Part shown: positions 17,940 through 27,466 of the stretch, in pieces | How positions within the stretch are numbered: position 1 is the first letter of the stretch | How the letters are laid out: the number at the start of each line of letters is the position of its first letter | Made by a program: the position numbers and the translations under genes | NCBI GenBank assembly: GCA_965219455.1 | Contig: OZ244744.1 | Span: 3,328,001 to 3,392,000 of the forward strand | Source: Candidatus Latescibacterota bacterium | Lineage (GTDB): Bacteria; Latescibacterota; UBA2968; GCA-2709665 | Reading direction: 5' to 3' | DNA: 64,000 nucleotides | Notes under the pieces: model-generated | What the model saw: only the letters and a program-made list of their open reading frames with translations | Told to the model about the DNA's origin: nothing | Database searches by the model: none

Positions 17940-18212
17940 TTGGCGGATGTTCTGAAGAGCATGACCCTGCGTGGGCTGGACCCCCAGCTTGCCGCCAAGT
18001 TGAGGGAGGTGGCCGAGCGGGAAGGCAAGAGCATGAACCAGACGGCACTGGATGCATTGCGAAAACAGTTCGGACTAAACAAATCACGTCGGTTCACCGC
18101 GATCCATAACGACCTGGATCACCTGTTCGGACGTTGGGACGAAAATGAGTTTGCTCGAATCCAACAGAAGATTGACTCCGAGCGACGCATTGATTCGGAA
18201 CTTTGGCAGTGA
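17940..18212 (+). CDS. RHH (FitA/VapB-like) antitoxin
   Basis: SMTLRGLDPQLAAKLREVAEREGKSMNQ...DLDHLFGRW...IDSELWQ. TTG start with AAGGGAG RBS; GTGA overlap with the PIN fragment. Confidence 0.8.
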   Translation: MADVLKSMTLRGLDPQLAAKLREVAEREGKSMNQTALDALRKQFGLNKSRRFTAIHNDLDHLFGRWDENEFARIQQKIDSERRIDSELWQ

Positions 18213-18376
18213 ACGAATTCTTGATCGATACCAATATCTACTCGCTCGCCATGCGCGCAGACAGGCGTCGGCCTTCTCGTGCGCCCCGAATGGCGTCTTA
18301 CGCTGCGAATGCAACAAAACTAACACACCGAAAACAACTCCGGAATATCGGCGTCGTCCTGCGAAATGCCGCCTGA
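18209..18376 (+). pseudogene. Truncated VapC/PIN toxin
   Basis: MNEFLIDTNIYSLAMR is a canonical PIN start. Similarity stops after about 16 codons, at a gcgcgcagacaggc REP-like arm; the frame closes at 18376. Confidence 0.75.
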
Positions 18377-18406
18377 TTTTTTCCAATGAGGGCTGATTGC
18401 TTTTCA

Positions 18407-19522
18407 ATGTCGTCAATTTACCCAATGCCCGGGACCGGTTTCCCAGATGTCCGTTTCGCCCGCCTCAATGCCGACGTTATACGGATAAATCCGACCGAGG
18501 CAGCGCTCTACAGGCACTACGGTATCGCGCCCATACCGGTGGACGCCTATGAACCGGACGACATCGTCGCCCGCGTTGCGGATTGCGACGCGCTTGCCGT
18601 TGTCTCAGCGTCGCTTCCTGAGCCGGTTATCAAGAGCCTGTCCAAATGCCGGATCATCTCCCGGTTGGGCAACGGCACGGACAAGATCGACGTCAAAACC
18701 GCCACCGAAGAGGGCATTCTCGTCTCAAATGTCCCTTCCTTTTGCAACGAAGAAATGGCCGATCACGTAATGGCCTCCCTGCTCGGCCTCGCCCGGCAGA
18801 TTCCAGGAATGTCGCGGCATTTCTACGCTGGCGCGTACCAGCAGGCTCGTGACGAGGGTCTCCGGCTCAGGCGCATATCGGGCCTCACGCTGGGACTGAT
18901 CGGATTCGGCGCCTCCGCAAAGGCCGTTGTAAAACGCGCAAGACCCTTTGGCCTCAATATCCTGGCCACCCGGAAAAACCTGCGCGCGCCGCGGGACGAG
19001 GCCGACGCCCTGGGTGTCCGAATGGTGGACCTTGACACGCTATTGAGAACGTCGGACTTTGTCTCTCTGCACCTGCCGCTCACACCGGACACCTACCGCC
19101 TGTTGGATGAGTCCAACCTGAAAAAAATGAAACCCGGTTCCTATTTCATCAATACCTGCCGCGGCGCCATCACGGACGAAGGCGCGCTCGCCGGTCTGCT
19201 CGGAAGCGGGCACCTGGCCGGCGCCGCCCTGGACACCTTCGACGACATTGAAATCTTCGGAGAACAGGAATCTCCGCCGGACCATGCGCTGACGAGGCTT
19301 GATAACGTCATTCTCACCCCGCATATCTCCGGTCTGTCCGTCCAGGCCAGCCAGGAGGTGGCGACCACGGGTGTGGAGAACCTCGTCTCGGTACTCAGCG
19401 GGCGCCGGCCCCATCCCGACCACATTGTCAACACGGACGTTCGCCCGCGCCTGCCGCTGAAGGAACACGATCCCTCGCTGTTTGACCATAGAAGGAATGC
19501 GGCGCTTTTCACGCAGAATTGA
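18407..19522 (+). CDS. D-isomer-specific 2-hydroxyacid dehydrogenase (CtBP/PGDH-like)
   Basis: GTDKID, GLIGFGASA, SLHLPL, INTCRG and TPHISG. Start codon uncertain. Confidence 0.9.
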   Translation: MSSIYPMPGTGFPDVRFARLNADVIRINPTEAALYRHYGIAPIPVDAYEPDDIVARVADCDALAVVSASLPEPVIKSLSKCRIISRLGNGTDKIDVKTATEEGILVSNVPSFCNEEMADHVMASLLGLARQIPGMSRHFYAGAYQQARDEGLRLRRISGLTLGLIGFGASAKAVVKRARPFGLNILATRKNLRAPRDEADALGVRMVDLDTLLRTSDFVSLHLPLTPDTYRLLDESNLKKMKPGSYFINTCRGAITDEGALAGLLGSGHLAGAALDTFDDIEIFGEQESPPDHALTRLDNVILTPHISGLSVQASQEVATTGVENLVSVLSGRRPHPDHIVNTDVRPRLPLKEHDPSLFDHRRNAALFTQN

Positions 19523-19624
19523 AAGGGCGGATATTCAAACCCGAACACCCCGCGTGACCGAACATCCTTTACGCCTCAGTCCATTTCTTCGGCTTTGAAT
19601 TCATAACTCCAGGAGATCATTTCC

Positions 19625-19990
19625 ATGGCCGATAAGGAAAGTCCCGAACCCTTCTATTCCATGGCCCGCCGCGCCGGAGATATGCTATACCTCTCCGGCT
19701 TCGGCCCTGTCGAAGGCGGAGAGGTCGTCGTCGGAAATATCCAGGAACAGACCATCTTCACGATGGACAACATGAAGGATGTCCTGGAAAGGGAGGGCGC
19801 CTCCTTCGACGACGTCGTCCGCGTCAACGTCTTTCTCCTGGACATGGACGACCGTGACGGATTCAATCGCACCTATATGCGATATTTCAAAAACAGGAAC
19901 ATGATGCCCACACGGCGTCTGGTCGGAGCGGGCGACATGTATAAAGGCATCCTCGTCGAAATCGACGCAATCGCCTACCTGGGCAGATAG
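19625..19990 (+). CDS. RidA/YjgF family protein
   Basis: YSMARRAGDMLYLSG, VVRVNVFL, PTRR and VEIDAIA. Confidence 0.9.
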   Translation: MADKESPEPFYSMARRAGDMLYLSGFGPVEGGEVVVGNIQEQTIFTMDNMKDVLEREGASFDDVVRVNVFLLDMDDRDGFNRTYMRYFKNRNMMPTRRLVGAGDMYKGILVEIDAIAYLGR

Positions 19991-20051
19991 AGAGTCCCGT
20001 TCGGGGTTGGGGTGGCAGGCGCGTCTTACGGCATCTATCGGGAGAATGACC

Positions 20052-20864
20052 ATGTCGCATCCAATCTTCGACCTGACCGACCGTGTCGCCCTCGTTTCGG
20101 GCGCGGCAAAGGGTATGGGCAAAGCCATGGCCATCGGCTTTGCGGAAGCCGGCGCGGACCTTATGCTGGCCGACATCAATGGCCCGGGGGCGCAGGAAAC
20201 CGCCCACCAGATTGAATCACTGGGACGGCGCGCCATTCCCGTGCGGTGTGACGTTTCCGATACCGACCAGGTCCGCGCTATGTTCGAACGCCTTGACAAG
20301 GAATTCGGCCGCATTCACGTCCTGGGTAACGTCGCCGGTGGAACCATGGTGAAAAAACCGGAGGATCTCACCCTTGACGAGCTTCAACAGAGCCTGCAAT
20401 CCCTGGTCATCGGCCGCTTCTGCTGTTGCCAGGAAGGGGGCAGGCGCATGCTCGCCGCCGGCAAGGGCAGCATCATCAATATCGGCTCCCTGGCCAGCGT
20501 CTCCGCTATGGGCCGCGGCCATATCGCGTATAGCGTTGGCATGGGCGCCGTGGCCCAGATGACGCGGGAACTCAGCACGGAATGGAGCGGCAGGGGCGTG
20601 CGTGTGAACGCCATCCTGCCCGCGCAGGTCATGAACGACTTCCTGGAAAAACGCCTGCGGGCCGAACCCAGAATGGCCGACACCTGGCTGGGCGGTATAC
20701 CCGCCGGCCGGTTCGGGGAGCCGCAGGATATCGTGGGCGTCTCCATCTTCCTCGCCTCCGATGCGTCCGCGTGGATCACCGGCGTGTTGTTGCCAATGGA
20801 CGGCGGCAACCTGGCGATGAACGCGGGCGGCACCTATCCCGGGGGCCCGATCGCCAGTGGATAG
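20052..20864 (+). CDS. SDR family oxidoreductase
   Basis: SGAAKGMG, IINIGS and VRVNAI. The catalytic YxxxK appears as YSVGM, so the Lys is replaced. Confidence 0.9.
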   Translation: MSHPIFDLTDRVALVSGAAKGMGKAMAIGFAEAGADLMLADINGPGAQETAHQIESLGRRAIPVRCDVSDTDQVRAMFERLDKEFGRIHVLGNVAGGTMVKKPEDLTLDELQQSLQSLVIGRFCCCQEGGRRMLAAGKGSIINIGSLASVSAMGRGHIAYSVGMGAVAQMTRELSTEWSGRGVRVNAILPAQVMNDFLEKRLRAEPRMADTWLGGIPAGRFGEPQDIVGVSIFLASDASAWITGVLLPMDGGNLAMNAGGTYPGGPIASG

Positions 20865-20910
20865 CCAGATTCCATCACTGTCACGCCCATAGAACAAGCA
20901 GGGGAACCCC

Positions 20911-21882
20911 ATGTCAGGCGACCTCAGAACCGAACAACGCCTCACCCTTTACAGGCAGATGCTCACAATCCGTCGCACCGAGGAGCAGATTGCCAGGTCA
21001 TATCAGGCCGGACTCATCCCCGGCGCCTGCCACACCTACGTCGGCGAGGAGGCCATCGCTGCGGGTGTCTGCGCCCATCTGCGCAGGGACGACACGATCT
21101 TCAGCACCCATCGGGGCCACGGCCACGCGCTCGCCAAGGGCGTGCCCATAGGGGAACTTATCGCCGAACTCTTCGGCAAATCCACGGGTTGCGCCCGGGG
21201 GCGGGGTGGCAGCATGCACCTTTTCTCGCCTGAAATCGGCCTGATGGGCACCAGCGGCATCGTGGGCCCCAGCATCCTGCAGGCAGCGGGGGCCGCGTAC
21301 ACGTTCAAGTTGCTCGAAACCGATCGGGTCAGCGTAGCCTTTTTCGGCGACGGGGGCGTAAGCAACGGCGCCTTTCATGAAGGCCTGAACATGGCCGCCA
21401 TCTGGCAACTGCCCGTCATCTTCGTCCTGGAAGACAACCGGTACGCCACTGAAATCGCCTTTGAGTACGCCACCCGAAATACGAATATCGCCCAGCGCGC
21501 GGAGGGCTATGGCGTAACCGGCGTTGCAGTTGACGGCAATGACGTCATCGACGTCTACAAGAAAGCGGGCGAGGCCGTGGTTCGCGCGAGGGAGGGAGGC
21601 GGACCGACACTGCTGGACTGCAAAACCTACCGAACCCGTCCTCACGCCGAGGGGATGCGAGACACCGGTTACCGCACGCGGGAAGAACTCGACGCGTGGA
21701 GGGCCAGAGATCCCATCGAAATGCTGGCCGGGAGACTGATAGATGGCGCCTTCGCCGACCGGGAATCGCTCGACCGGATCGAACAGGAGATCCGGACCGC
21801 CGTTGAAGAGGGCGTTGAGTTCGCCAGAACGAGTCCGTGGCCGGATCCCTCCACGGTAACGGACCACGTCTTCAGTGGATAG
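20911..21882 (+). CDS. TPP-dependent 2-oxoacid/acetoin dehydrogenase E1 alpha
   Basis: STHRGHGH, GRGGSMH and the GDG...N TPP-binding motif. Confidence 0.92.
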   Translation: MSGDLRTEQRLTLYRQMLTIRRTEEQIARSYQAGLIPGACHTYVGEEAIAAGVCAHLRRDDTIFSTHRGHGHALAKGVPIGELIAELFGKSTGCARGRGGSMHLFSPEIGLMGTSGIVGPSILQAAGAAYTFKLLETDRVSVAFFGDGGVSNGAFHEGLNMAAIWQLPVIFVLEDNRYATEIAFEYATRNTNIAQRAEGYGVTGVAVDGNDVIDVYKKAGEAVVRAREGGGPTLLDCKTYRTRPHAEGMRDTGYRTREELDAWRARDPIEMLAGRLIDGAFADRESLDRIEQEIRTAVEEGVEFARTSPWPDPSTVTDHVFSG

Positions 21883-21893
21883 GAAGCGAACCC

Positions 21894-22871
21894 ATGCGTG
21901 AAATCACGTTTACGGAAGCCGCCCGCGAAGCCCTGTCCGAAGCCATGGCGGCCGACCCGACCATTTTCGTCGTCGGCGAAGGCGCGGGCGAACGCGGCGG
22001 CAACTTCAATACGACCACCGGACTCTACGACCTTTACGGTCCCATGCGCGTGCGTGATACCCCGATTTGCGAGCGGGGTTTTATCGGTCTTTGCACGGGC
22101 GCGGCCATGGCCGGCGCGCGGCCCGTGGTCGATTTCATGTTTATCGACTTCATCCTGGACGGTTTCGGCGAGATGGTCAACCAGGTCGCCAAAATGCAAT
22201 ACATGAGCAGCGGCCGCCTTTCCATGCCCGTTGTTCTGCGAGGCTGCGTCGGCATCGGAGGCGCCGCCGCCACCCACCATTCCGGAAACTACTATCCCGT
22301 TTTCGCTCATCTGCCCGGTTTTCGCGTGGCCCTGCCCGCCACGCCGTACGATGCCAAGGGCCTGTTCAAGACCGCCCTGGAAGGCCAGGACCCCGTCCTC
22401 TTCCTGGAACACAAGTCCATCCTCAACCACAGGGGTCCCGTACCTGAAACACCGTACGCCATTCCGTTCGGGAAGGCCGAGGTCCGTCGCGAGGGCAGGG
22501 ACCTCACTGTTGTCGCGTTTGCCAACATGGTTCCCGTTACGTGGAAACTCTGCGACGCACTCGCCGCGGACGGCATCTCGGTTGAACTCATCGACCCGCG
22601 CACCGTGGCGCCGCTGGACATCGATACCATACTGGAATCGGTACACAAAACCGGTCGTCTGCTCATCGTGGACGAGGCCTTCGGTCCCTGCGGCATCGGC
22701 GCCGAAATCGCCGCTCAGATTCAGAGTCTTGCGTTCGACGATCTGGACGCGCCGGTGCGCCGGCTCAACGGCGCGCATGCCCCCACGCCGTACAGCGCCC
22801 CGCTGGAGGCGGCCTGCACACCTCAACCGGAAACCATTTCGCAGGCCATCCGCGACCTGATGGAGGAATAG
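21894..22871 (+). CDS. TPP-dependent dehydrogenase E1 beta
   Basis: RVRDTPICE, ATHHS, DPVLFLEHK and SVHKTGRL. Confidence 0.92.
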   Translation: MREITFTEAAREALSEAMAADPTIFVVGEGAGERGGNFNTTTGLYDLYGPMRVRDTPICERGFIGLCTGAAMAGARPVVDFMFIDFILDGFGEMVNQVAKMQYMSSGRLSMPVVLRGCVGIGGAAATHHSGNYYPVFAHLPGFRVALPATPYDAKGLFKTALEGQDPVLFLEHKSILNHRGPVPETPYAIPFGKAEVRREGRDLTVVAFANMVPVTWKLCDALAADGISVELIDPRTVAPLDIDTILESVHKTGRLLIVDEAFGPCGIGAEIAAQIQSLAFDDLDAPVRRLNGAHAPTPYSAPLEAACTPQPETISQAIRDLMEE

Positions 22872-22952
22872 TCGCGGCGGCGAGGAAGGCGACGAGGCGA
22901 GATTCAGCTTGTTGCCGCTCGTTTCCTTAACGTCTTCGGAAGGTCGATTCCC

Positions 22953-24113
22953 ATGCCCATTGAAATCGTCATGCCCCGCCTGGGATGGACCATGGAGGAG
23001 GGCACCCTCGTCGAGTGGCTCAAGCGGAACGGGGAAACGATTGAATCGGGAGAAATCATCTTTACGGTTGAAAGCGACAAAGCGATAAATGAAATCGAGT
23101 CCTTCGACAGCGGTACCCTGTATATACCGCCCGACGCGCCCCAGCCGGGCGATACCGTACCCATAGGGACATTGCTGGCCTTCCTTCTGGGACCGGACGA
23201 GCAGCCTCCCGTGGTGACACCCGCCTCGCCGGCAGGCGAACAGGAAGCGGAATCCGGACCGCAACAATCCACCCCGTCCCGACCTCGCGCCGATCGAACC
23301 CAAGCCAGGAAAAATCGACCCCCGATCAGCCCGCGGGCGCTCCGCCTGGCAAAGGAACTGGGTGTCGACTGGAATACGCTTCAAGGCAGCGGTCGAAACG
23401 GCCGTATTGTCGAACGTGACGTCCGGGCCGCGACCTCGGCCCCGTCCCGGGACAGGGCCGAACGTACCATCCGCCGGACCATCGCGCGGCGTCTGACCGA
23501 AAGTCACAACGAGACCGCGCCCGTGACGCTTTCCACCGAAGCCGATGCAACGGACTTCGCTGCGTTGCGTGCGGAACTCGACATCCCCTTCCTCACGTTC
23601 AACGATCTTTTTCTGAAGCTGACGGCCCTGGCCCTGGCCGACCATCCGGACATGAACGCCTCATGGCAGGACGGAACCGTCCACAGGCACGAGGAGATCC
23701 ACATCGGTATTGCCGTGGATACCCATGCCGGACTTCTCGTCCCCGTCATCTCCAACGCCGGCGCCAAAGACCTGCCTGATCTCGCCAGCGAAACCGCGGA
23801 CCTCGTTCAGAAAGCCAGGCAGGGCAACCTCGAACCCGAGCATCTTCAAGGGGGTACGTTTACGATTACGAACCTGGGCGCGTACGGGATCGACGTCTTT
23901 ACGCCCATCATCAACCTGCCGCAGTGCGCCATTCTGGGTGTGGGCCGGATTGCCTCCAAACCGGCAGTATACCAGGGCCGGGTCGTGCCCCGGGATATGG
24001 TCGCCCTGAGCCTTACCTTCGACCACCGCGTGGCAGACGGAGGACCGGCCGCCCGATTCCTGGACACGATCCGCCGCCACGTGGAACAACCCGCACTCTG
24101 GCACGCCCGCTAA
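22953..24113 (+). CDS. Dihydrolipoamide acyltransferase E2
   Basis: Lipoyl VESDKA, E3-binding ISPRALRLA..GSGRNGRI and catalytic DHRVADG. Confidence 0.92.
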   Translation: MPIEIVMPRLGWTMEEGTLVEWLKRNGETIESGEIIFTVESDKAINEIESFDSGTLYIPPDAPQPGDTVPIGTLLAFLLGPDEQPPVVTPASPAGEQEAESGPQQSTPSRPRADRTQARKNRPPISPRALRLAKELGVDWNTLQGSGRNGRIVERDVRAATSAPSRDRAERTIRRTIARRLTESHNETAPVTLSTEADATDFAALRAELDIPFLTFNDLFLKLTALALADHPDMNASWQDGTVHRHEEIHIGIAVDTHAGLLVPVISNAGAKDLPDLASETADLVQKARQGNLEPEHLQGGTFTITNLGAYGIDVFTPIINLPQCAILGVGRIASKPAVYQGRVVPRDMVALSLTFDHRVADGGPAARFLDTIRRHVEQPALWHAR

Positions 24114-24223
24114 CGGAGCACAATGGCGCCCGCGGGTGAACCTGCCGGATTCGAGGCGAATCGATCGGAGGCTCGTTTTTCGGACTTTCACCGCCGTGGC
24201 TCCGTGCTTTGCATTCCATTCTT

Positions 24224-24676
24224 ATGCAACTTCTGAATTTTCCCCGTCAGTACGACTTCGATATTCGCGCCAGCGGCGAAAGAAGGACCATTTTTGATCC
24301 GCTTCGCCGGAAACATGTGCGACTGACGCCCGAGGAATGGGTGCGTCAGAACCTGGTACAGCACCTCGTTCAGGATCTGGGTTTTCCGGCAGGCCGAACC
24401 GCGGTCGAATCGGGTTTTGCGTATGGGGGTATACAGCACCGCGCCGACGTTATCGCCTACAACAGAAGGGGAGAACCCGTTCTCATGGCCGAATGCAAGG
24501 CGCCCGACGTGAAAATCAAACAGGACGTGTTCGATCAGATCGCCCGCTACAACACGTCTGTCGGAACGAATTATCTGGTTGTGACCAATGGCATAACGCA
24601 CTACTGCTACACCCTCGACCGAAAGGAACGCAGCTACCGATTCCTGCGCAGTCTACCACGATATGAAGATCTGTAA
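24224..24676 (+). CDS. Stand-alone HsdR N-terminal-like (HSDR_N_2) PD-(D/E)xK protein
   Basis: IFDPLRRKHVRLTPEEWVRQ, RADVI, ECKAP, QIARYN and VTNG. Confidence 0.85.
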   Translation: MQLLNFPRQYDFDIRASGERRTIFDPLRRKHVRLTPEEWVRQNLVQHLVQDLGFPAGRTAVESGFAYGGIQHRADVIAYNRRGEPVLMAECKAPDVKIKQDVFDQIARYNTSVGTNYLVVTNGITHYCYTLDRKERSYRFLRSLPRYEDL

Positions 24677-24711
24677 CCATTCACGAATCTTTGCCGTAGG
24701 GGAGAATACCC

Positions 24712-25119
24712 GTGACACTCGATGAAAAGATCGACGCCTTTCTGCAGACCGGTCCCTATGCAGTCGTTGGCGCTTCAACCGACCGCTCAAAATACGGCAA
24801 CAAGGTTCTGAGATGTTATCTGCAGCACGAACTCAAAGTCTTTCCGATCAATCCGGGTTCTGCGGAAATCGAAGGTCTTAAAGCTTATCCCAATCTCGCC
24901 GCGCTGCCCGAACCGGTGGCGCGTATTTCCGTTATCACACCGCCCGAAGTTACGGAAGAGATCGTCACGCAAGCAGCGGACGCAGGTATTGGGTACATCT
25001 GGATGCAGCCCGGCGCCGAGAGCCAAAAAGCCGTTGAAGATGCTCAAGACGCCGGCATCGCGGTCGTCTCCGGCGGTCCGTGCCTGCTCGTTGTCCTGGG
25101 TTACACCGAAAAGGACTAG
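24712..25119 (+). CDS. CoA-binding protein (YccU-like)
   Basis: AVVGAS, PINP, IWMQPG and GPC. Confidence 0.88.
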   Translation: MTLDEKIDAFLQTGPYAVVGASTDRSKYGNKVLRCYLQHELKVFPINPGSAEIEGLKAYPNLAALPEPVARISVITPPEVTEEIVTQAADAGIGYIWMQPGAESQKAVEDAQDAGIAVVSGGPCLLVVLGYTEKD

Positions 25120-25283
25120 TGTCCCGTCCCAGAAATATGTCACCATTCATCCGCCGGTTCATCACGTCTCGCTGCGTTGCCTTCACTCGCCGACCTTGCG
25201 CAGGTCGCCTCGCTCAGGCGCCTTGCGAGCCGGGCGCCTCGGCGGCCGAATTTAGGCAATCTATTTCAGGGACAGAACACTGG
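25116..25283. mobile_element. MITE family B, full-length copy
   Basis: Imperfect TIRs ctagtgtcccgtcccagaaata / tatttcagggacagaacactgg with internal hairpins. Starts at the CTAG containing the upstream stop codon. Confidence 0.75.
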
Positions 25284-25290
25284 AAGCAAG

Positions 25291-26301
25291 ATGGAAATGC
25301 ACCGTATCCAGTTTGACGCGATGGTGGCGGAACTGAATCGCGTTCTGCTCAATATCGGCTTCACGACCGAACGTGCCGAACGCATGGCGAGAATTTTTAC
25401 CGAAACCACCCGCGACGGCGTCTATTCCCACGGCGTCAACCGCTTCCCGCCGTTTGTCAGGCACGCCCGTTCCGGCGAGGGCATGGACGTCCGCGCCGAA
25501 CCCGAAAAAGCCGGTACATTCGGTGTGCTTGAGCAGTGGGATGGAAAGCTCGGTCCCGGCATCCTCAACGCCTGTGTGAGCATGGACAGCGCCGTTGAAG
25601 TCGCGGAAGAACACGGAATGGGCTGCGTGGCCCTCAGAAACACCAACCACTGGATGCGGGCGGGAACTTACGGCCTGAGGGCCGCGGACGCGGGCTGTAT
25701 CGGCATCTGCTGGACCAATACCACGCAGCTTATTCCCCCTTTCGGTTCCGCCGACCGCAAGGTGGGCAACAATCCCCTGGTCTTCTCCATACCCCGCCCG
25801 GAAGGGCGTCATTTTCTTCTGGATATGGCGATGAGCCAGTACTCCCACGGCAAGCTCGACGTATATCGCGAAGCGAACCGGCGACTTCCGGTCCCCGGGG
25901 GGTACGACAACAGCGGAAACCTCTCATGCGACGCCGGCGCCATCCAGGCCGCCCACCGTCCGCTGCCCATCGGTCACTGGAAAGGGATCGGCCTCGCGAT
26001 GTCGCTGGATCTGGTTGCCTCGCTGCTGTCGGGCGGCCGTTCCACGTATCAGATCGCTCAGGAGGAGGCCGAATACGGCGTCTCCCAGGTCTTCATAGCC
26101 ATCCACGCCGCCGCTGTCGCCGGAGACAGGATGCGCGAATTGGTGGATCAGACGCTCGCCGACTTTCACGCCGCCGAATCTCTCGAAGGCGGCGAGCCCG
26201 TGTCGTATCCCGGCGAGCGGATGTTCCGGACCCGAGAGGAGAATCTCGAGTTGGGCATCCCGGTCGAAGCGGACTGCTGGCGGGAAATCCTGGCATTGTA
26301 G
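25291..26301 (+). CDS. yiaK: 2,3-diketo-L-gulonate reductase (3-dehydro-L-gulonate 2-dehydrogenase), Ldh_2 family
   Basis: DGVYSHGVNRFP, NTNHWMRAGTYG, GNNPL, LDMAMSQYS, PIGHWKG and GVSQVFIAI match YiaK/DlgD. Confidence 0.85.
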   Translation: MEMHRIQFDAMVAELNRVLLNIGFTTERAERMARIFTETTRDGVYSHGVNRFPPFVRHARSGEGMDVRAEPEKAGTFGVLEQWDGKLGPGILNACVSMDSAVEVAEEHGMGCVALRNTNHWMRAGTYGLRAADAGCIGICWTNTTQLIPPFGSADRKVGNNPLVFSIPRPEGRHFLLDMAMSQYSHGKLDVYREANRRLPVPGGYDNSGNLSCDAGAIQAAHRPLPIGHWKGIGLAMSLDLVASLLSGGRSTYQIAQEEAEYGVSQVFIAIHAAAVAGDRMRELVDQTLADFHAAESLEGGEPVSYPGERMFRTREENLELGIPVEADCWREILAL

Positions 26302-26485
26302 GCGCATCGCGATATCCGGCGGTTGGCTGCGATCGCAATCCTCACGTCGCCGAATTGAGAGAAGATCGGGTTGACTGCCAGGATCACCGTATCGATCATT
26401 GTACACATCCACCTTCACGCAACGAGGACGCGTGCGCTGGCATGATGGATTGCCGGCGTCGCGGTATTAAGGAGAGGAGCGCAAA

Positions 26486-26854
26486 ATGGACGAGTTCAAA
26501 ATGAAGACCGCCGCCATGCCGGAAGATCTGCCCGCGATGCCCATCGATCCCGACTGGATCCGCGAAGGCGATCCCACGGCCCACGGCACAATCGTTTCCC
26601 AGAGCGAGGACAAGAAGGTGTCCTGCGGCTACTGGCAATGCAGCGAAGGCAAGTTCGAATGGACGTTCGGATGGGATGAATTCGCCCACGTCTTCGAGGG
26701 CAGCGTTACCATCGAAGAAGACGGAGGCGAACGTTACTCACTCGGGCCGGGCGATTCCGTCCACTTTCCGGCGGGACTCAAGACCCATTGGCACGTCATG
26801 CAGCCGGTAAGGAAATATTTCGTCATTCGCACGGCCGACGCGCTGGAACTATAG
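26486..26854 (+). CDS. Cupin_3 (DUF861/EutQ-like) protein
   Basis: WIREGDP, GYWQCSEGKF, DEFAHVFEGSV and GPGDSVHFPAG. Confidence 0.85.
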   Translation: MDEFKMKTAAMPEDLPAMPIDPDWIREGDPTAHGTIVSQSEDKKVSCGYWQCSEGKFEWTFGWDEFAHVFEGSVTIEEDGGERYSLGPGDSVHFPAGLKTHWHVMQPVRKYFVIRTADALEL

Positions 26855-26899
26855 TCTGAAAAACTTATACAGGCGATACGTCGAACAAGAGCTTGACGT

Positions 26900-26976
26900 G
26901 GTGGTGCAGACGTTTCTTCCGGCAGTATTCCGACAAGAGAACAATGAGATGGGCAGACAGGAATGTCTGCCCCACC
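26900..26976. repeat. Degenerate REP doublet
   Basis: Hairpin gggcagac-aggaat-gtctgccc followed by cacc, with an upstream inverted arm ggtggtgcagac. Followed by tttttcaacggct, resembling a family A TIR. Confidence 0.6.
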
Positions 26977-27301
26977 TTCACATAGGTTTTTCAACGGCTC
27001 GACAAGCCATTGTGCCAGTGTGGAGATGATTGATTCGCGAATAGAACACGCTGATTTGAGCTTTTTGAACGAAAGGCTTCCTTTCCGTGTCAGAAAAGAT
27101 CCGCGCGGGGATTATTCGCTGCGATATGCATGGGATGTGGTTCGGCGCGCAGATGGACGAGCACGATCCATTGCGCCTCAGAGAACCCATGCCTGTCGAA
27201 GACGATATGTCCTATACCTGGCAGCGCGGCGGAAGGCAATTTAACATTCACACTTGACAAGATGCGAGAATTTTTGGAAATCTATCGTTGGAGGTTATAT
27301 T

Positions 27302-27421
27302 ATGAACAATAAACTGGAGATGGTCGAGCGCGCGAGGGCGGGTGAGGACGCCGAGGCGGTTATTGCGGGTCACACAGAACACGGGCGAGGGCATGAACGA
27401 CGATTCTGGGGGCTTGGGTGA
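27302..27421 (+). CDS. 39-aa small ORF resembling the N-terminus of the downstream antitoxin (possibly frameshifted)
   Basis: GGAGG RBS, then MNNKLEMVERARAGEDAEAVIAGHTEHGRGHERRFWGLG. Confidence 0.5.
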   Translation: MNNKLEMVERARAGEDAEAVIAGHTEHGRGHERRFWGLG

Positions 27422-27466
27422 GGGAATAGAGCGGTTTCTGAGTAAGGATAACGAAAGGGGGTCGTA

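Noticed and set aside
21669-23645. 658-aa minus-strand ORF (likewise 57639..60344, 48600..50105, 7694..8980)
   Set aside because: They lie opposite well-supported genes and have no recognisable motifs of their own.
20911-24113. Gene symbols pdhABC or acoABC
   Set aside because: Substrate class cannot be determined from motifs alone.
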